From: a virus | Taxonomy: Duplodnaviria > Caudoviricetes | DNA: 64,000 nucleotides | Strand: one strand, 5' to 3' | Virus record (IMG/VR): IMGVR_UViG_3300025654_000007 | Location: 6,926 to 70,925 of that record | Part shown: positions 1-8,651 of the stretch, in pieces | Layout of the letters: each line of letters begins with the position of its first letter | How positions within the stretch are numbered: position 1 is the stretch's first letter | Program-made: the position numbers and the translations under genes | Notes under the pieces: generated by a model | What the model was told of the DNA's origin: nothing | The model's database searches: none | The model's input: only the letters and a program-made list of their open reading frames with translations

Positions 1-2
1 CG

Positions 3-866
3 TCTACTGAAGGTAGTTCTGGCAAAAAATCATATGGTGATGACCGCTTCTGGAAGCCAACACGTGATAAAGCAGGTAATGGTTATGCAGTAATCCGTTT
101 CCTACCAGCCAAAGAAGGTGAAGATCTTCCTTGGGTAAAATACTTTGATCATGGTTTTAAAGGACCAACTGGTCAATGGTATATCGAAAACTCTCTAACT
201 TCAATTGGTCAAGATGATCCAGTAACAGAAGCTAATTCTGTTCTATGGAATACTGGTCGAGAAGAAGATAAACAAACTGCTCGTGATCGTAAACGCCGTT
301 TGCATTATGTATCTAATATCTTAGTAGTATCTGATCCATCTAATCCTGAAAATGAAGGCAAAGTAATGCTTTACAAATTCGGTAAAAAGATCTTTGATAA
401 GGTTATGGATGTAATGCAACCTGAGTTTCAAGACGAAGAACCAGTAAACCCTTACGATTTCTGGGAAGGTGCTGACTTTAAGATTAAGATTCGTAAAGTC
501 GACGGTTGGGTATCATATGACAAGTCTGAGTTCTCTAAACCTGAAGGTCTATTCGATGGTGATGATGAACGTTTAGAAGAAATCTATAATAAGCTTTATT
601 CTTTGCAAGACTTTATTGATCCTAAGAACTATAAGTCATACGCTGATCTAAAAGCAAAACTAAACAAAGTATTAGGTGTTCAAGCTGGTCATGATGCTGC
701 CGCTCCTTCTACTCTTCCTGAAAATACTGCTGCTCCAACGATTGCTGCGACAGCTCCATCTGCTCTAGCTGAGCCTGAAGCGGACGCTTCTCCAGCACCA
801 TCAGCTGCAGACGATGAGGAAGATACTTTGTCTTATTTTGCTAAATTAGCACAGAAGGATGATTAA
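3..866 (+). CDS. gp32: Single-stranded DNA-binding protein (5'-truncated; frame open from position 3)
   Basis: Frame upstream of the listed Met reads SYGDDRFWKPTRDKAGNGYAVIRFLPAKEGEDLPWVKYFDHGFKGPTGQWYIENSLT; acidic C-terminus ending SYFAKLAQKDD. Confidence 0.97.
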   Translation, partial: STEGSSGKKSYGDDRFWKPTRDKAGNGYAVIRFLPAKEGEDLPWVKYFDHGFKGPTGQWYIENSLTSIGQDDPVTEANSVLWNTGREEDKQTARDRKRRLHYVSNILVVSDPSNPENEGKVMLYKFGKKIFDKVMDVMQPEFQDEEPVNPYDFWEGADFKIKIRKVDGWVSYDKSEFSKPEGLFDGDDERLEEIYNKLYSLQDFIDPKNYKSYADLKAKLNKVLGVQAGHDAAAPSTLPENTAAPTIAATAPSALAEPEADASPAPSAADDEEDTLSYFAKLAQKDD

Positions 867-870
867 TTCT

Positions 871-878
871 TATAAATA
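871..878 (+). promoter_or_regulatory. T4-type late promoter TATAAATA
   Basis: Exact gp55 consensus right after the gp32 stop. Confidence 0.6.
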
Positions 879-916
879 ATACTATAAGAATAAATATAAT
901 ATAACAATAAGCTTAT

Positions 917-942
917 AAGCCCTCTTCGGAGGGCTTTTCTTT
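917..942 (+). terminator. Rho-independent terminator with C(UUCG)G tetraloop
   Basis: AAGCCCTC-TTCG-GAGGGCTT followed by TTCTTT. Confidence 0.92.
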
Positions 943-954
943 GCCTGACAGCTT

Positions 955-962
955 TATAAATA
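955..962 (+). promoter_or_regulatory. Late promoter for gp4
   Basis: TATAAATA; GGAG at 981-984 lies 8 nt before ATG 993. Confidence 0.85.
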
Positions 963-992
963 ATACTAATAAGATAAGTTGGAGATGCACAG

Positions 993-1439
993 ATGGCATG
1001 GGGCAAGACATATAGTGGTAGATATAAGGTAAAGAATACCAGTAAGTATATCGGAGACTATAAGAATGTAGTATATCGATCATCATGGGAGAAGGTAGCA
1101 TTCAAATGGTGTGACTCTCAGAGTTCAGTCGAGGCTTGGAACAGCGAGGAAGTTGTTGTACCATATTACAGCGAGATTGATGGCAAGCGGCATCGTTACT
1201 TTATTGATCTACAGATCAAAATGAATGGCAAAGTGTATCTAGTTGAGATTAAGCCTAAGAATCAGACGCGACCACCTAAGACGCGTCGTAAGACCAAGAA
1301 GTACATAACTGAAGTTACTACATATGTAACCAATACGTGTAAATGGAAGGCAGCCAATGAATATGCTAAGGATCGTGGCTGGAAGTTCGAGATTTGGACT
1401 GAAGATACACTTAAATCAATGGGTATGAAGATAATCTAA
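993..1439 (+). CDS. gp4: Head completion nuclease (TnsA-like PD-(D/E)xK)
   Basis: VYRSSWE, HRYFIDL, LVEIKP motifs; adjacent to gp2. Confidence 0.93.
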   Translation: MAWGKTYSGRYKVKNTSKYIGDYKNVVYRSSWEKVAFKWCDSQSSVEAWNSEEVVVPYYSEIDGKRHRYFIDLQIKMNGKVYLVEIKPKNQTRPPKTRRKTKKYITEVTTYVTNTCKWKAANEYAKDRGWKFEIWTEDTLKSMGMKII

Positions 1440-1456
1440 TCAGCGCTGACGTAAGG

Positions 1457-1464
1457 TATAAATA
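1457..1464 (+). promoter_or_regulatory. Late promoter for gp2
   Basis: TATAAATA 5 nt before ATG 1470. Confidence 0.85.
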
Positions 1465-1469
1465 GTATT

Positions 1470-2060
1470 ATGAGTTCATTATTCACAAAGCTAAACAAGG
1501 GAGCCGGTAAGGCTGGTATTCAAAAGAATACAAAGCAGGCTCAGACTTGGTTTAAGAAGCAGATTAAAAACTTAGGTTCTGTTACTCCTAGTAAGATACT
1601 AAAGGATGACGGACTTTCTAAGGCAAGTACACCTATATCTGGTCAAATGTATCACTATGTGTATGATCCAAAGCATAAGGATACATTGCCTCATTATGAT
1701 AGGTTTCCATTAACTATCTTTATTGAGCCAGCTAAGGGCGGCTTCTACGGTCTCAATCTTCACTATTTAGCGCCAGGTGTTCGTGCTCGATTCTTAGATG
1801 AGCTGATGGATACTGCACCTAAGCGCATAACCGATACTTCTAGGCTCAAAATCTCGTACGAGTTACTTAAAGGCGTACAAAAATATAAAGAGTTCCAACC
1901 ATGTTTTAAGCACTATTTGACAAGTCATATAAAATCGAATATAGTTAGAGTTCCTATGACTGAATGGGATATTGCTATATTCTTACCAACTGAACAGTTT
2001 GAAGGTGCTAAAGCTCAGTCAGTATGGCGATATTCAAGAAAAAAGTATACAGGTAAATAA
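1470..2060 (+). CDS. gp2: DNA end protector protein
   Basis: YDPKHKDTLPHYDRFPL, GLNLHYL, FKHYL motifs. Confidence 0.93.
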   Translation: MSSLFTKLNKGAGKAGIQKNTKQAQTWFKKQIKNLGSVTPSKILKDDGLSKASTPISGQMYHYVYDPKHKDTLPHYDRFPLTIFIEPAKGGFYGLNLHYLAPGVRARFLDELMDTAPKRITDTSRLKISYELLKGVQKYKEFQPCFKHYLTSHIKSNIVRVPMTEWDIAIFLPTEQFEGAKAQSVWRYSRKKYTGK

Positions 2061-2063
2061 TAG

Positions 2064-2708
2064 ATGTCAACAATTGATAATTTTAAAGCAACGCTAAGTA
2101 AACGCGGTGGACTAGCGCAACAAAACAGATTTCAGATTATTTTTACTCCACCTGGTCAGTCGCTATTAAACATAAATGCGTCAACCTTGGTTGGAGCTCT
2201 ACGTGGTAAAACGTCAGTAAAATCACTTATCAATGACCCACGGGATATAAGCATGCTATGTGAATCGGCGACGTTACCAGGTAGACAGATAACTTCAATG
2301 GATTATACATCAAATAAGAACACCGTAAAGGTTCCTTATTCTCTGATTAATGAAGATGTTACTCTAAGCTTTTTGTTAACTAATGATTATTACATTAAAA
2401 CTATGATGGATGACTGGCTGGCTAGCATCGTAGACATGGATATATATAGAGTAGGGTACAAAAAAGATTTCTCAGTTGATGTAGTAATACAACAGCTAGA
2501 TAGTAATAACGTACCGATTTATGGCGTTAGATTAGAGAACGCGTTTCCAACAACAGTTAGTAGTGTAGTTCTTGATAATAACTCAGAAAATACACCTCAA
2601 AAGCTTAGTGTAACATTGAGCTTTGATAATTATGTACCAGAAGGACCGCTAAGTAGCACAGGATCTGCTATTCGTGAAGCAGTTAGAGGCATCACGAACT
2701 TATTTTAA
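2064..2708 (+). CDS. gp54: Baseplate tail-tube initiator (gp54/gp19-like fold)
   Basis: GGLAQQNRF, LCESATLPG, VTLSF and AFPTTV tube-protein motifs; position before gp26. Confidence 0.75.
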   Translation: MSTIDNFKATLSKRGGLAQQNRFQIIFTPPGQSLLNINASTLVGALRGKTSVKSLINDPRDISMLCESATLPGRQITSMDYTSNKNTVKVPYSLINEDVTLSFLLTNDYYIKTMMDDWLASIVDMDIYRVGYKKDFSVDVVIQQLDSNNVPIYGVRLENAFPTTVSSVVLDNNSENTPQKLSVTLSFDNYVPEGPLSSTGSAIREAVRGITNLF

Positions 2709-2728
2709 ACTTTTAGGAGTAGCATATT

Positions 2729-3436
2729 ATGGCTTTGCCAACAATGACAAGTTCCAAATATAAGGTAACTATACCTTCTACTGGAGAAACAGTGGACTAT
2801 AGACCTTATTTAGTAAAAGAAGAAAAGATCCTAATGATTGCTTTAGAGTCTCAAGATCAAAAGCAAATACTTACAGCAATACAGAACGTTATAGGTGAAT
2901 GTATAGACCAGGATATTGACGTTGATAGTTTAGCAATGTTTGATATTGAGGCGTTGTTCTTAGCTCTTCGATCTAAATCGGTAGGCGAACGTATAGAACT
3001 AATGGCAGCCTGCTCGAAATGTGAAAACAAAACAGAAATTGAAGTATTACTTGATGATGTTAAATGTGCTGAGTTTGATAAAGGCAGTAGAGTTATTGAA
3101 CTATCAAGCGATGTTGGTGTCACTATGAACTTTCCATCTCCTGTCGTTATGAATTCTTTTAAAGAAGGAGAATTAGAATCAATTGAAGGCGTACTCAAAC
3201 TAATCGCGCTAAGTATTGAATCTATTTACGATGAATCTAATGTATATCCAGCAGGTGATGAAACTGAAAAGTCACTAAGCGCATTTATTGAAAGCTTAAA
3301 CAATAGTCAACTAACCAAGATTACTGATTTCTTTGAAGACATGCCATCGTTAGAACATACAGTAGAGTTTAAGTGTTCGGCATGCGATACTGATAACACA
3401 CTAGAATTAAAAGGCCTACAAGCTTTTTTTACATAA
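2729..3436 (+). CDS. gp26: Baseplate hub subunit / tail assembly chaperone
   Basis: YRPYLVKEEKILMIALES, LRSKSVGE, CSKC/CSAC zinc motifs, ends LKGLQAFFT. Confidence 0.9.
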   Translation: MALPTMTSSKYKVTIPSTGETVDYRPYLVKEEKILMIALESQDQKQILTAIQNVIGECIDQDIDVDSLAMFDIEALFLALRSKSVGERIELMAACSKCENKTEIEVLLDDVKCAEFDKGSRVIELSSDVGVTMNFPSPVVMNSFKEGELESIEGVLKLIALSIESIYDESNVYPAGDETEKSLSAFIESLNNSQLTKITDFFEDMPSLEHTVEFKCSACDTDNTLELKGLQAFFT

Positions 3437-3621
3437 GCCTCTCTCATGACTCGCTAATAAATCATTATCAGACTAATTTTGCGTTAATGCAACATCATAG
3501 TTATTCATTAACTGAATTAGATCATATGGTTCCATGGGAAAGGGAAATATACATTGCTATGTTACAAGAACACATCAGAGAAGAGAACGAACGCATTAAA
3601 AAAGAGAATAATAAAACGTGA
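3424..3621 (+). CDS. gp51: gp51-like hub assembly ORF (missing from ORF track); probably expressed as a -1 frameshift extension of gp26
   Basis: Open -1 frame FFYISLSHDSLINHYQTNFALMQHHSYSLTELDHMVPWEREIYIAMLQEHIREENERIKKENNKT*; MQHH-YSL-E-M-PWER-IY is typical of the short gp51-like proteins of marine T4-like phages; first ATG (3487) has no SD. Confidence 0.85.
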   Translation, partial: FFYISLSHDSLINHYQTNFALMQHHSYSLTELDHMVPWEREIYIAMLQEHIREENERIKKENNKT

Positions 3622-3920
3622 ATGATGAAAACTGGACAAAGAAGGTACAAGTAGAGGTTGAAGTTGGTGCTATCGAAAAGCTACCAAATAGATTCTCTAA
3701 AATTATCGATTTAGCAGAAGCCTTCGATTCGTGGCGTGTCTTTCCGCGTTTATTCATATGCTTCTACCTAGTTTTACTATATAATACTACAAATTGGTTT
3801 ATAGCATTAGAAGACCCCACGATGCCGCAGGCTGGTTTAATATCAACCGTCATAGGCGCGGGAGCAGCCTGGTTTGGACTGTATGTTAATACAGGTTCAA
3901 GTAACAACAAAGGGAAGTAA
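3618..3920 (+). CDS. Small two-TM membrane protein (holin-like or ejection-associated)
   Basis: Hydrophobic segments VFPRLFICFYLVLLY and AGLISTVIGAGAAWFGLYV; basic C-terminus; GTG start. Confidence 0.75.
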   Translation: MNDENWTKKVQVEVEVGAIEKLPNRFSKIIDLAEAFDSWRVFPRLFICFYLVLLYNTTNWFIALEDPTMPQAGLISTVIGAGAAWFGLYVNTGSSNNKGK

Positions 3921-3926
3921 TAATAG

Positions 3927-5612
3927 ATGGATGACGATAACAAACCAAATCAGAAAATTTCAGATAATTTAGCTAGGCTTACTGAGCAGATGGCTCAAGC
4001 CAATGCGCTAAACGAAACAACAGAATTATCAAGTCAACTAAACAATACATTAGAGAACAAACAGTTAAACCTTTCTAGCGGACAGACTGAAGTATTACAA
4101 GATTTAGTCGAAACACTTACTGGTAATACGTTATCAGAACTAGAAGATCGACAAGAAGCTAATAAGATCGCGAAAGAAACTCTTGATAAACTAACAGGTA
4201 TTGAAAATAACACAAAAGCAAAAAAAGATGTTGCACCAATTGAGTTTGCTGGTGGACTAATAGCTAGCCTTATTACATTACCTGCGATATTAAGTGCTGG
4301 ATTATTACTTGGTATATCTGATGCGACTAAGTCTTATGCTAAGTTTCTCAAAAAAGTACCATTAGTTAAATACCCAGTCATAGGAATAGAAAAATCAATT
4401 AAGTTCTTAGGCAAACTTTCCAATAGTGTTTTAGATGACATTAAGAAATTAGGTTCTGCTCTTAAAGGTCTATTTAAGGGTGGACCAATTGGTCGATTTA
4501 TAATGTCATCTAAGCAAGTGTTTGCTATCTTTAGTGCCCAAGCGAAAGGTCTTCTTTCATTTAGGAACTTAGCCACAGGACAACTAAGAAGCTTCGACAA
4601 GACTCTTAAATCGGCTAAAGGTCTATCTAAGGTAGCAATTGGAATGGCCATAACAATGGGCAAGATAGCTAATTCGGTTAGAGCTATGAACAGTGGCACA
4701 TTTACGCCAATATTAGAGTCGGTAAAAGCGGTTAAAAGCGCGTTTGGTGCTGTCGAAATCCCAAAATTTGGAAATCTTGGAAAGATAATTGAACCTATAA
4801 CTAAAACTGTAAAAGGAATTTTTAAAGTTTTTGGCAGTATTAATAAAGCATTCTTTGCTATAGGTAGAGTTTTTGGTAGATTATTTGCACCTTTAGCTGT
4901 AATCTTAGCTGTAGTAGATACTGTAAAGGGTGCTATTGCTGGATTCACTAGTCAAGAAGGTGGCTTTGTTAAGAAATTGGTAAGTGGCTTTGTTGGTGGA
5001 ATTACTGGTCTCTTTAAAGGCTTTATTGCTCTTCCCTTAGACCTATTGAAAAACATAATAAGTTGGGTAGCTGGTAAACTAGGATTTGAGAATTTTGCAA
5101 AAGTACTTGATGGTTTTAGCTTTGCTGCTCTATTCGACAAGCTCGGCGGAGCTTATAATGATGCTCTTCAGTTTATTATCGATACTGTTGTTGACTTCGT
5201 TAAGGGAATACCCGAAACCCTTAAATCTGGACTAGATGTAATGGGTTCTAAATTAAAATCTATAGGTGAAAGCATAGGAACCTTTGTTACTAAACTCGCA
5301 TCCGCGGGAGCCGCGGCGCTAAGAGCCATTGCTCCTGGTGGATTAAGCCCATTGGAAGCATTTAGTCAAGCTATGGCTACCGATAAAGTTCCATCTGGAG
5401 TTGAAGCCAAGGACTTGACTACTGGTTCTGAGATATCCGACGCATCTGCCGATAACGAGATGAATAAGTCACAATTGATGAAAGATGTAAGCTCACCAAT
5501 TACCGTTGTTAACAATCAAGGCGATGTTAACCAAAAATCTACAACAACAATAGGCGCTTCTCGTAGACAGCGTCGTGGTTTTAATAATGATACAGGTTTG
5601 GCTCATAACTAA
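3927..5612 (+). CDS. Tail tape measure protein (gp29-like)
   Basis: Long helical, amphipathic Ala/Gly/Lys-rich protein between the chaperone genes and gp48. Confidence 0.8.
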   Translation: MDDDNKPNQKISDNLARLTEQMAQANALNETTELSSQLNNTLENKQLNLSSGQTEVLQDLVETLTGNTLSELEDRQEANKIAKETLDKLTGIENNTKAKKDVAPIEFAGGLIASLITLPAILSAGLLLGISDATKSYAKFLKKVPLVKYPVIGIEKSIKFLGKLSNSVLDDIKKLGSALKGLFKGGPIGRFIMSSKQVFAIFSAQAKGLLSFRNLATGQLRSFDKTLKSAKGLSKVAIGMAITMGKIANSVRAMNSGTFTPILESVKAVKSAFGAVEIPKFGNLGKIIEPITKTVKGIFKVFGSINKAFFAIGRVFGRLFAPLAVILAVVDTVKGAIAGFTSQEGGFVKKLVSGFVGGITGLFKGFIALPLDLLKNIISWVAGKLGFENFAKVLDGFSFAALFDKLGGAYNDALQFIIDTVVDFVKGIPETLKSGLDVMGSKLKSIGESIGTFVTKLASAGAAALRAIAPGGLSPLEAFSQAMATDKVPSGVEAKDLTTGSEISDASADNEMNKSQLMKDVSSPITVVNNQGDVNQKSTTTIGASRRQRRGFNNDTGLAHN

Positions 5613-5631
5613 TAACCATCCTGGCTGGCCT

Positions 5632-5639
5632 TATAAATA
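5632..5639 (+). promoter_or_regulatory. Late promoter for gp48
   Basis: TATAAATA intergenic; AAGGA SD downstream. Confidence 0.85.
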
Positions 5640-5672
5640 ATAGTAGATTACTAATATTATAAGGATTAATTC

Positions 5673-6560
5673 ATGTCGGTGTATCATTTTCCATTAGACC
5701 TTCGAGCAAGCTTAGAGTCTGCATCCCAACAAGGTGCAGGCTATCCTTGTGTTCAGTTCGTAACAATACCTGATGCTAAATCTACCGAGCTTCCAATAAA
5801 TATCTGGATGTACACTCCTCCTGGCTTTGCACTCGGTGATGTAGTTAACTATGATACTGTTGACTTCGGGCTTCAAGGCGGCGCTCAGTTAGACGTTTTT
5901 GGAGGAGCTGGCTTAACGCTTGATGGTACTGCTGATATGAAACAAGCGGCTGCCCAGGTTGCATCTAGTATGGTCGGAACTATTGGTAAGCAAGGAGAAA
6001 TAACAAAGTTTCAAAATAAAGCAACAAATCCCTTCAGAGCTACTTCGTTTAATTCATCTGGTATTCGAACATTTGGATTCACGTTCAAATTCATATCGCA
6101 ATCTGCTGAAGAAGCAGTAATGGCCCGTAAGATCGAAAACGCGTTTAGAAAGTTCATGATGCCTGATGGTCAGTTAGATTCTGCCACTGTTATATATCCA
6201 CCAGTATGGGAAATCAGATTCATGGACGGTGAAAGTGTTAATCCATTTATGCCAAAACTAATACAATCGTACTGTACTGGCTTAACTGCGTCATATAACG
6301 CGACTAATAGTTCCTATCATGCTGATGGATCTCCGGTAGAAATAGATCTAACAGTTAACTTTCAAGAAGTTAGAGCAACGATTAGAAGTGATTTATACGA
6401 TGCTGACAGTTTAGAAGCTACTCCACTACAAAGACCATCAGGTATAGCTGGAATTAAGAGTGCAGTGAGTAGTAAAGTATCTTCAATTCAAAGCGGAGTA
6501 GCATCTAAGGTATCGTCAGCTGCTTCAAAAACTTCATCGATTATTAAGGGTATACGATAA
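5673..6560 (+). CDS. gp48: Baseplate tail-tube cap
   Basis: NPF...F.SSGIRTFGFTFKF, YPPVWEIRF, CTGLTASY, PVEIDLTVNFQE motifs. Confidence 0.85.
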   Translation: MSVYHFPLDLRASLESASQQGAGYPCVQFVTIPDAKSTELPINIWMYTPPGFALGDVVNYDTVDFGLQGGAQLDVFGGAGLTLDGTADMKQAAAQVASSMVGTIGKQGEITKFQNKATNPFRATSFNSSGIRTFGFTFKFISQSAEEAVMARKIENAFRKFMMPDGQLDSATVIYPPVWEIRFMDGESVNPFMPKLIQSYCTGLTASYNATNSSYHADGSPVEIDLTVNFQEVRATIRSDLYDADSLEATPLQRPSGIAGIKSAVSSKVSSIQSGVASKVSSAASKTSSIIKGIR

Positions 6561-7351
6561 TGGCTGGTTTCTTCAGTATGTTTCCAAAGGTTTCATATAA
6601 CTTTAAACCCTTAGGTATAAATCAGAACGTAGTAGATATATTTAGATCTGCTCGTAACCAAGGTAACTTTATCGATAACCCATCTGCTTATGGTAAATAT
6701 AACATAAGTAATGGCGATAGACCTGACATAGTTTCACAGAAACTGTATGGTACAAGCGATCACTATTGGACATTCTTTCTTATTAATGATTTTCTAAACG
6801 AAGGTCATACAGCATGGCCAATGAGTCAAGAATCCCTTAATGAATACATTGCTAAATATTTCAATGGCACTACGGTTGAAACTAGACCTCTGCTAATACT
6901 TGACACTGATGGCTTAGTAACTGAATATCGAAACTCTCTGTCTGGTCGGTTTCAATTAAACGAAATAGTAACAGGTACTCTTAGTGGAGCAACAGGTAAA
7001 GTCAAATCAAAGAACGCAGACTTATCTCAATTGACTATTAGCGATGTTAATGGTACATTCCAAGAAAACGAAAGCATTCTTGGTTCTGTTAGTGGTGATA
7101 TAGTAACAGCGTTTAAAGTTTATCCAGAAGATATATCTCCAACATATTGGTATAAAACAGGTGATGCAAATCGAAGGCCAGTTACTCCAGATACTATAAT
7201 TCCCGATGGTGTTGCTCGTCATTTGTGTTCATATGTTAGTACCCACGAACAGATTGTAGAAACTAATGACGAACGGTCTGCTATTCGAGTAATAGATCCA
7301 GCATATATTGGTGATTTTATAAAACAATTTAAGGACATAATTAATGTCTAA
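6560..7351 (+). CDS. gp53: Baseplate wedge subunit with LysM-like motif
   Basis: YNISNGDRPDIVSQKLYGTSDHYWTFFLIN; ends with NDERSAIRVIDP. Confidence 0.9.
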   Translation: MAGFFSMFPKVSYNFKPLGINQNVVDIFRSARNQGNFIDNPSAYGKYNISNGDRPDIVSQKLYGTSDHYWTFFLINDFLNEGHTAWPMSQESLNEYIAKYFNGTTVETRPLLILDTDGLVTEYRNSLSGRFQLNEIVTGTLSGATGKVKSKNADLSQLTISDVNGTFQENESILGSVSGDIVTAFKVYPEDISPTYWYKTGDANRRPVTPDTIIPDGVARHLCSYVSTHEQIVETNDERSAIRVIDPAYIGDFIKQFKDIINV

Positions 7352-8651
7352 ACAATTCAACAGCGCGATGGGCAGAGACGGTCGCATGATAAGTCCAGGC
7401 GGATATACTACAAAGCACGTTCTGCTTTATACAAACGCGCCTGGTGCTGATGGCGTCATAGATATAACAAATCTTGTCACCGAGATTATAGTCAACGAAG
7501 GCATTTTTAAGTCTTCTATTGAGGTTGAACTCACTATAGTCGATGCTATAAACCTATTAGAAGACGGTAGAGTTTCAGGATCTGAACGAATACAGATTCT
7601 TATTGATAGAACTGAACCTTCAGGCGAATATAAAAGCTGGGACATAGAAACACACATCGCGTCTATTGATAGTTTTGCTCGGCTTAAGCCTGGATTTGAA
7701 ACATATGTTTTTAGATGTGTTAGTTATCATTCATATGTTAACCAGACTAAAAGCATTTCTAGATCATTTGCTGGATCGATATCAAAACTAATTAGTAATA
7801 TAGTTACTAAGGATTTAAGTTCTGAGCTTGGAATATACAATGGCAATTCGAAAGGAAGCATACGAGGTATATATCCAAATCTTAGACCATTAGATTGTAT
7901 AACGTGGTTACTTAGAAATGCAAGTGATAATTCTACGCCATTTTATTTCTATGAATCATTAAATAACGGTTTAGAGTTAGACTCATATGAATCTATGGTT
8001 AACCAAGATGTATATAGGGAGTATAATTACTTATCTACTCCTGATGCTGGATTATTACCTGGCTCTCAAGGATACTTTGAAGTATTATTAAATTCAATAA
8101 GGAAACTATCCTCTGATCTTGACATATCGCAATTTCATCAACTTGGAGATGGCGCATATGGCGGTACTGTAAACTCACTAGATTACGCTAATAAGTCGTA
8201 CACGTCTAAGACATACACATATGGCGATAATAATACCAAACTAAATAAGTATAAACCCTTTACAAGTACTGCTAAGATAAACGGACAGGCGTATAATGAG
8301 ATAACAAAGGGGAAAGACTATTACTTATCAACGAACTCAAAGGCATTTAAAGCTGATAGCTATCATGATATAGCTAATCCAACAATATTAAAGAAACAAG
8401 CACATTATAAGGGACTTGGATATATGTCTCATGACATCGTCGTTCATGGTGATTTTGATATGAGTCCAGGTAAAAAGATATCGATAGCTATAGATAAAGC
8501 AGGCGATATAGAAGAAGGAACATTTAAAAGAAATCAGTACTTTTCAGGTAATTATATAGTGACTGAGATTACTCACGTTTTTACTAGTGAAGAATATACA
8601 ATGGATATGGCAATTAGAAAAGATTCACTGGAGACAGACTTTGATGAATAG
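7344..8651 (+). CDS. Baseplate hub (gp27 / late control D-like)
   Basis: Position between gp53 and gp5; FYFYES and SGNYIVTEITHVF motifs. Confidence 0.75.
   Translation: MSKQFNSAMGRDGRMISPGGYTTKHVLLYTNAPGADGVIDITNLVTEIIVNEGIFKSSIEVELTIVDAINLLEDGRVSGSERIQILIDRTEPSGEYKSWDIETHIASIDSFARLKPGFETYVFRCVSYHSYVNQTKSISRSFAGSISKLISNIVTKDLSSELGIYNGNSKGSIRGIYPNLRPLDCITWLLRNASDNSTPFYFYESLNNGLELDSYESMVNQDVYREYNYLSTPDAGLLPGSQGYFEVLLNSIRKLSSDLDISQFHQLGDGAYGGTVNSLDYANKSYTSKTYTYGDNNTKLNKYKPFTSTAKINGQAYNEITKGKDYYLSTNSKAFKADSYHDIANPTILKKQAHYKGLGYMSHDIVVHGDFDMSPGKKISIAIDKAGDIEEGTFKRNQYFSGNYIVTEITHVFTSEEYTMDMAIRKDSLETDFDE

Noticed and set aside
5302-5316. CCGCGG-gag-CCGCGG GC-rich inverted repeat in the tape measure gene
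   Set aside because: Explained by Ala/Gly codons (SAGAAA); short and intragenic
8587-8643. Upstream extension of the gp5 ORF, and similar extensions at 21445, 26491, 35803 and 62443
   Set aside because: They overlap the preceding genes; downstream starts with coupling or SD fit better
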